This document shows, in pieces, positions 58,755 through 64,000 of a DNA stretch of 64,000 bases. Numbering within the stretch: position 1 is the first letter of the stretch; every line of letters begins with the position of its first letter. The position numbers were made by a program, and so were the translations under genes. The notes beneath the pieces were generated by a model. The model was not told the origin of the DNA. It saw nothing but the letters and a program-made list of their open reading frames with translations, and ran no database searches. The DNA is from an uncultured bacterium (lineage in GTDB: Bacteria; Eisenbacteria; RBG-16-71-46). The DNA lies in NCBI GenBank assembly GCA_964434945.1, contig CAYSWZ010000007.1, forward strand, positions 12,593-76,592, given 5' to 3'.

Positions 58755-61468
58755 GCCTGCGCCTCAGCCGGGCCGGTGGACTCTCCGGGCTCGCGCTCCA
58801 GCTCGGGCGGCCTGCCTTCCACCGGCACGACCAGGCGGAAGAGCGCGCCGCCCGTGGGGTGGTTCTGCGCGGTCAACCGGCCGCCGTGCGCCTCGGCGAT
58901 GCCGCGCGCGATCGTGAGCCCGAGCCCCGTACCGGAGCGGGGCCGCCGCGAGTCACCGCGCCAGAACTTCTCGAACACCTTCTCCTCCCCGCCGGCCGGG
59001 AGGCCCACGCCATGGTCGCGGATCTCCAGAGCGAGCTCGCCGTCCCGGAGCGCGGCGGTGAGCTCGACCGGTGTTCCGGACGGCGAGTAGTGGAGCGCGT
59101 TCTCGAGCACGTTGGTCACGGCCTGGGCGTAGAGCACGTCGTCCAGCGGCACGAGCGGCAGGTCGGCCGGGGCCTTGAACGTGACCCGCCGCCCGGCGGC
59201 GAGCTGCTCCGTGCGCGCGAGCACCGAGCCGACCACCTCCTCGAGCGAGTGCCACTCCTTCTTCACGCGCAGCGCGCCCGACTCGAGCCGCGTCATGTCG
59301 AGCAGATCGCCCACCAGCCGGTTCATGCGGCCCGCCTCGTCGACAATCGTCTCCGCCAGCTCCTCCCGGGTCTCGGCGGGCAGGCTCGCGCCGTCCCGCA
59401 GGCTGCTGCCCGCGCCGGCGATCACCGCGAGCGGCGTGCGCAGGTCGTGCGAGACCGCGGACAGGAGCGCGTTCCGGGCGCGTTCGGCCTCCACGTCCAC
59501 GCGCGCGTGCTCGGCCTCCTCGGACAGGCGCGCGCGCTCCACCGCGATCGCGATCTGGTTCGCGAACGTGGTGAGGAGCTGCTGGCGCTCGGGATCGCGG
59601 AAGCGGCGCGGGTCCGCCGGGCGCAGCGCCAGCACGCCGAGGACGCGGCCGGACGCCACGAGCGGAAGGTGGAGCGCCTGCGAGCCGGGAAGCGTGTCGG
59701 TGCCGAGGCCGGCGGGCTGCGCGTGGTCGAACACCCACTGCGCCACGCCGCGCTCGTGCGCCTGGTCGGTGAGGAGCGCGCGGTCGCCGGCCGCGACCTC
59801 CACGCGGTCGTTGGCGCCGGGCAGGAGCGCGGCGGCGCGGCACTCGAACACCTCCATCACGCGATCCACGGCGGCGCCGAGGAGCTGCTGCATGGAGCGG
59901 CGGCCCGCCAGCTCGCGCGACAGCTCGTGCACCGCCTCCGACCGGCGCGCGCGCTGGCGCTGTTGCTCCGCCTGGTCGCGCAGCCGGCCGGTGAGCGTGC
60001 CGATCACCACGGCGACCACGATCATGACCGCGAACGTCACCACGTATTGCGAGTCGCTGACCTGGAACGTGAAGCGGGGCGGCACGAACATGAAATCGAA
60101 CAGCGCCACGCCGAGCACGGACGCCAGGATGGCGGGGCCGCGTCCCAGCGCCACGGCGCACACCACCACGCCCAGCAGGTACAGCATGGCGAGGTTGGAG
60201 AGCGCCATCGCCGGGTAGAGGAGCCACGACACGATCGTGCACACGGCGAGCACCGGCAGCGTTCCGGCGTAACCGCGCCAGCGGACGTTCGCGGGCGGCT
60301 TCCGCTCGGGGCGCGGCGCGCGTTCGTCGTCCTCGCCGCGCATCACGTACACGTCCACGTCACCGCTCTCGTGGACCAGCGAGCCCACGAGCGAGCCTGA
60401 CAGGAGTTCGAGCCAGCGCGGGCGGTTCGGCTTCCCCACCACGATGCGCGACACGTTGCGCGCCCGGGCGAACGCGAGGATCTCGTCGCGCACGCGCAGG
60501 CCGTCGAGCATCAACGCCTCCGCCCCGAGATCCTCGGCCAGTCCCATCACGTCCACGATGTGATCGCGCCGCGCGCTCGATTCGCGCACCTGCCCGGGCG
60601 TCTCCACGTGCACCACGATCCACTCCGCCCGCAGCGCGGCCGCCATGCGGCGCACTGCGCGCACCAGCCGCACCCCGCTCTCCGGGTCCCCGAGGCAGAC
60701 GAGGATGCGCTCGCGCACAGCCCACGGCTCGGCGATGCCTTCCGCACGGCGGTAGGACTCCATCTGGGCGTCGACGCGCTGCGCGGTCTGGCGGAGCGCG
60801 AGTTCCCGGAGCGCGATGAGATTGCCCTTCTTGAAGAAGCTCTCGAGCGCGCGCTCCGCCTGCGCGGACACGTAGACCTTGCCTTCGCGCAGCCGCTGCA
60901 GCAGGTCGTCGGGCGGCAGGTCCACCAGCTCGACCTCGTCGGCGCGATCGAGGATCGAATCGGGCACGGTCTCGCGCACGGTGACGCCGGTGATCTGCGC
61001 CACGACGTCGATCAGGCTCTCGACGTGCTGGACGTTGAGCGTCGTGTAGATGTCCACGCCCGCGGCGAGCAGTTCCTCCACGTCCTGCCAGCGCTTCGCG
61101 TGCCGGGAGCCGGGGGCGTTCGTGTGCGCGAGCTCGTCCAGCAGCAGCAGTCCCGGCCGGCGCGCGAGCGCGGCGTCGAGATCGAACTCGGGAACGTTCA
61201 CGCCGCGGTACTCGGTGTCGCGGCGCGGGAGCTGCTCCAGGCCGTCCAGGAGCGCCGCGGTCTCCCGCCGCCCGTGCGTCTCGACCAGCCCGACCACGAC
61301 GTCCGCGCCCGCGCGCATCCGCTCGTGCGCCTCGACCAGCATGGCGTAGGTCTTGCCCACGCCGGCCGTGGCGCCGAAGAACACCTTGAGCTTCGCGCGC
61401 GTGGCCCGCTCGTGCTGCTCGCGGAGCCGCGCCAGCAGGGCGTCGGGATCCGGGCGTGCGTCCGTCAT
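58751..61468 (-). CDS. kdpD: osmosensitive K+-channel sensor histidine kinase KdpD
   Basis: N-terminal KdpD domain (FFGATAGVGKTYAML), a Usp domain, four TM segments, a GAF-like domain and an HisKA/HATPase core (...SHDLRTPLA....GTGLGLTIARGIAEAHGG). ATG at 61468 is preceded by GGAGG. Confidence 0.9.
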   Translation of the reverse strand: MTDARPDPDALLARLREQHERATRAKLKVFFGATAGVGKTYAMLVEAHERMRAGADVVVGLVETHGRRETAALLDGLEQLPRRDTEYRGVNVPEFDLDAALARRPGLLLLDELAHTNAPGSRHAKRWQDVEELLAAGVDIYTTLNVQHVESLIDVVAQITGVTVRETVPDSILDRADEVELVDLPPDDLLQRLREGKVYVSAQAERALESFFKKGNLIALRELALRQTAQRVDAQMESYRRAEGIAEPWAVRERILVCLGDPESGVRLVRAVRRMAAALRAEWIVVHVETPGQVRESSARRDHIVDVMGLAEDLGAEALMLDGLRVRDEILAFARARNVSRIVVGKPNRPRWLELLSGSLVGSLVHESGDVDVYVMRGEDDERAPRPERKPPANVRWRGYAGTLPVLAVCTIVSWLLYPAMALSNLAMLYLLGVVVCAVALGRGPAILASVLGVALFDFMFVPPRFTFQVSDSQYVVTFAVMIVVAVVIGTLTGRLRDQAEQQRQRARRSEAVHELSRELAGRRSMQQLLGAAVDRVMEVFECRAAALLPGANDRVEVAAGDRALLTDQAHERGVAQWVFDHAQPAGLGTDTLPGSQALHLPLVASGRVLGVLALRPADPRRFRDPERQQLLTTFANQIAIAVERARLSEEAEHARVDVEAERARNALLSAVSHDLRTPLAVIAGAGSSLRDGASLPAETREELAETIVDEAGRMNRLVGDLLDMTRLESGALRVKKEWHSLEEVVGSVLARTEQLAAGRRVTFKAPADLPLVPLDDVLYAQAVTNVLENALHYSPSGTPVELTAALRDGELALEIRDHGVGLPAGGEEKVFEKFWRGDSRRPRSGTGLGLTIARGIAEAHGGRLTAQNHPTGGALFRLVVPVEGRPPELEREPGESTGPAEAQA

Positions 61469-61683
61469 TCGTCGTCTGCCTCCCCGCGGTCGAATCGCGG
61501 CCGCCGCGGCGCGAACGAGTAGACCATGCGCCGGGGCCGGTTGCGAGCCGCGCGGCGGGCGAGTCAGGACCGCGTTCGTCCGCATCAAGATCGCATCAAG
61601 GCGACCCGGCTGGCGGCGCCGGCCGGGCCGCTCTAATGTGCCCGGCGGACTTCCTTCCACCGTTCACGAAAGGGATGCGCATG

Positions 61684-63741
61684 ACCCGCTCTCGCCACCT
61701 GGTTCACTTGCCGCTCGGCAGCTGGGCGCTGGCCACGCTGCTGCTCTCGCCGGTGCCGGCGCACGCCGGGCCGTCACTGCCTCCGGACAAGGACCCGCTC
61801 GTGCTCAACATGGACACGTCGGTCTCTCCCGGCTCCGACTTCTTCAAGTACGCATGCGGCAAGTGGCTGCGCGAGAATCCCATCCCGGCTTCCGAGCGGG
61901 GCTGGGGAATCGGCAACCTGGTGAACGAGGAGACCTACCGCCAGCGCCTCACCATCTGCCAGAACGCGGCCAAGTCGGGCGCGCCGAAAGGGACGAGCGC
62001 GCAGAAGGTGGGCGACTTCTGGGCCACCGGCATGGACTCGGTGACCATCGACAAGCAGGGCGCGGAGCCGCTCGAGCCCTACCTCAAGCAGATCGCCAAC
62101 ATCCATACGCGAACCGACCTGCTCGCGACGGTCGGCAAGTTCCAGACGCTCGGGTTCCATCCGCTCTACTCGCTGTACATCGGGCAGGACGAGAAGAACT
62201 CGGACCGCTACATCGTGCACCTGTACCAGGGCGGCCTGCACATGCCGGACCGCGACTACTACTTCGGCAGGGATTCGACCACGAAGTACGTGCGCACGGA
62301 GTACGGCAAGCACTTGGTCGCGATGTTCACGCTGCTGGGCGAGGACTCGGCGCATTCGGCGGCATCCGCCGCGGCGGTGCTGAAGCTCGAGACCGCGTTC
62401 GCCGGCCGCTCACGCACGCTGGAGCAGCGCCGGGACCCGTGGGCGAACTACAACAAGATGTCGCTCGCGGAGCTGAACAAGCTCACGCCCACCATTGACT
62501 GGACCGCCCAGTTCACCGCCATGAGCGTGCCCATCCAGGACACGGTCGTCGTCGGCCAGCCGGAGTTCTTCAAGGCGGTGGACTCGTGCCTGAGCGTGGC
62601 GCGGCTGTCCGAGTGGCAGAGCTACCTGCGCTTCACCGTGGTGACGAGCCTGGCCTCGAACCTGGCGAAGCCGTTCGACGAGGAGAACTTCCACTTCTAC
62701 GGCACGGTGATGTCGGGCACCAAGACGCAGCGCCCGCGCTGGAAGCGCATGCTGGATTCGAGCGAGGACGCCATCGGCGAGCTGGTCGGCCAGGAGTGGG
62801 TGAAGGCCTACTGCTCCCCCGCCACCAAGGCCCGCTACGAGAAGCTCACCGAGGACATCATCAACGTCTACCGCGACCGCATCCGCAACCTGCCGTGGAT
62901 GACCGCGGAAACCCGGCAGCGGGCACTCGCCAAGCTCGACAAGGTGACGCGCAAGGTCGCCTACCCCGACGTCTGGCGTGACTACTCGACGCTCACCATC
63001 GGCCGCACCTCCTACGTCGCGAACCAGGTGGCGGTGGACAACTGGTGGTTCCGCCACGAAGCGGACAAGCTCGGGAAGCCGATCAACCGCACCGAGTGGG
63101 ACATGACGCCCCAGACGTACAACGCGTACTACGACGGCTCGAAGGTCGAGATCGTGCTGCCGGCGGCCGCGTTCATGCTGCCGGGTGTCCCCGACTCGCT
63201 GGTCGACGATGCGCTCCTCTACTCCTACGCCGGCGGCTCCACGATCGGCCACGAGATCACGCACGGGTTCGACGACGAGGGGCGCCAGTTCGACGAGAAG
63301 GGCAACCTGAACCCGTGGTGGACGCCGGCCGACTCGGTGCAGTTCACGACCCGGGCGAAGAAGCTCGTGGACCAGTTCAACGCCTACGAGATCGGCGGCA
63401 AGCACATCCGCGGCCAGGCGACACTGGGCGAGAACATCGCTGACCTGGGCGGCGTCGTGCTCGGCTACGAGGCGTTCAAGAAGACCGACCAGTGGAAGAG
63501 CGGCGAGAAGATCAATGGGCTGACCCCGGACCAGCGCTACTTCCTCGGCTACGCGCTGTCGTGGCTGGGCCAGCGCCGGCCCGCTTCGCTCCAGCAGCAG
63601 ATCATGACCGACGTGCACGCGCCCGGGTTCCTCCGCGTGAACGGGCCGCTCGCGAACATCCCCGAGTTCTACGCCGCGTTCGGCATCAAGCCGGGTGACG
63701 CGATGTACCGCGCCGAGGACGTGCGGGTGGTGATCTGGTAA
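61684..63741 (+). CDS. M13-family zinc metallopeptidase (neprilysin / PepO-like endopeptidase), secreted
   Basis: Signal peptide, HEITHGFDD zinc-binding motif and ENIADLGG. Confidence 0.9.
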   Translation, partial: TRSRHLVHLPLGSWALATLLLSPVPAHAGPSLPPDKDPLVLNMDTSVSPGSDFFKYACGKWLRENPIPASERGWGIGNLVNEETYRQRLTICQNAAKSGAPKGTSAQKVGDFWATGMDSVTIDKQGAEPLEPYLKQIANIHTRTDLLATVGKFQTLGFHPLYSLYIGQDEKNSDRYIVHLYQGGLHMPDRDYYFGRDSTTKYVRTEYGKHLVAMFTLLGEDSAHSAASAAAVLKLETAFAGRSRTLEQRRDPWANYNKMSLAELNKLTPTIDWTAQFTAMSVPIQDTVVVGQPEFFKAVDSCLSVARLSEWQSYLRFTVVTSLASNLAKPFDEENFHFYGTVMSGTKTQRPRWKRMLDSSEDAIGELVGQEWVKAYCSPATKARYEKLTEDIINVYRDRIRNLPWMTAETRQRALAKLDKVTRKVAYPDVWRDYSTLTIGRTSYVANQVAVDNWWFRHEADKLGKPINRTEWDMTPQTYNAYYDGSKVEIVLPAAAFMLPGVPDSLVDDALLYSYAGGSTIGHEITHGFDDEGRQFDEKGNLNPWWTPADSVQFTTRAKKLVDQFNAYEIGGKHIRGQATLGENIADLGGVVLGYEAFKKTDQWKSGEKINGLTPDQRYFLGYALSWLGQRRPASLQQQIMTDVHAPGFLRVNGPLANIPEFYAAFGIKPGDAMYRAEDVRVVIW

Positions 63742-63775
63742 AGCGGCATCGCGGTCTTCCCGGGCCCGCCCGCAT

Positions 63776-64000
63776 GGGCGCGGCCCGGAAGCCCGCCGCC
63801 GCACCCTCCGCACCGCCGCCGCGATTCCCCGCGGATCCGTACGCCTGGCTCACGCTCGTCTCCGTGCTGCCCCTCGCGGCACGGATGGCCGGCTCGCCCG
63901 TGGGCGAGCCGGTTGCAGAAGACTTCGACTTCCTCTACCGCGCGCTCTTCCACGGCACCGGGTCGCTGCTCGACGGCGGCGGCTCGCAGGCGTTCTGGCG
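63776..64000 (+). CDS. 5' end of a paralogue of the TPR-tailed polytopic membrane protein (partial)
   Basis: N-terminus ...GSPVGEPVAEDFDFLYRALFHGTGSLLDGGGSQAFW parallels ...GEPVADDFDHLHHVLFAHDGSWLDGGGSTSFW of the protein at 41854..43755. Confidence 0.5.

Noticed and set aside
61468-61660. The longer kdpD N-terminus offered by the ORF track (start at 61660).
   Set aside because: The extra 64 residues are Pro/Arg/Gly junk. The ATG at 61468 gives the canonical KdpD N-terminus and has a GGAGG Shine-Dalgarno motif 8 nt upstream.

Overview
This is a 64 kb, roughly 70% GC, gene-dense stretch of bacterial chromosome. No rRNA, tRNA, CRISPR array, integrase or transposase is visible by eye. Three secreted proteins carry a C-terminal FlgD-Ig/T9SS-like sorting domain, and together with the type IV pilus locus and a PorV-like OMP this suggests a Gemmatimonadota-like or FCB-related lineage; that placement is inference only. 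Coding is on both strands in short operons, and adjacent genes very often overlap by 4 nt (GTGA or ATGA), which I read as translational coupling.

Supported content, in window order:
- An operon of an unknown 436-aa protein, a SAM methyltransferase and an acyl-CoA ligase.
- A secreted HEXXH metalloprotease.
- An ABC-type efflux adaptor and permease pair with no ATPase in the locus.
- A disrupted gene that fuses a DtxR-type regulator, an Nramp (MntH) transporter and a UspA domain, with a DtxR-like box just upstream.
- A 144-bp nested perfect inverted-repeat element.
- A 2-oxo-acid dehydrogenase operon in the unusual order E1beta, ABM-domain protein, E2, E1alpha, then the fluoride channel crcB.
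- A PorV-like outer-membrane barrel fused to LysM, translationally coupled to an FN3-repeat cargo protein.
- A complete type IVa pilus locus (pilB, pilC, pilin, three pseudopilins, pilMNOPQ, with pilD nearby); no pilT is in the window.
- A TRAP transporter TatT and substrate-binding-protein pair, YebC, a flotillin with an unusual 525-aa partner, and a TMEM175-like channel.
- A run of proteases: S9 peptidase, Tricorn protease, an M13 peptidase and a PA-domain zincin.
- An 893-aa all-coiled-coil protein.
- An orphan kdpDE two-component pair.
- Two paralogous TPR-tailed polytopic membrane proteins, one at the window edge.

The candidates I rate most likely to be new are the DtxR-Nramp-Usp fusion with its operator, the nested inverted-repeat element, the PorV-LysM shuttle and cargo pair, and the coiled-coil, secreted-peptide and zincin trio.
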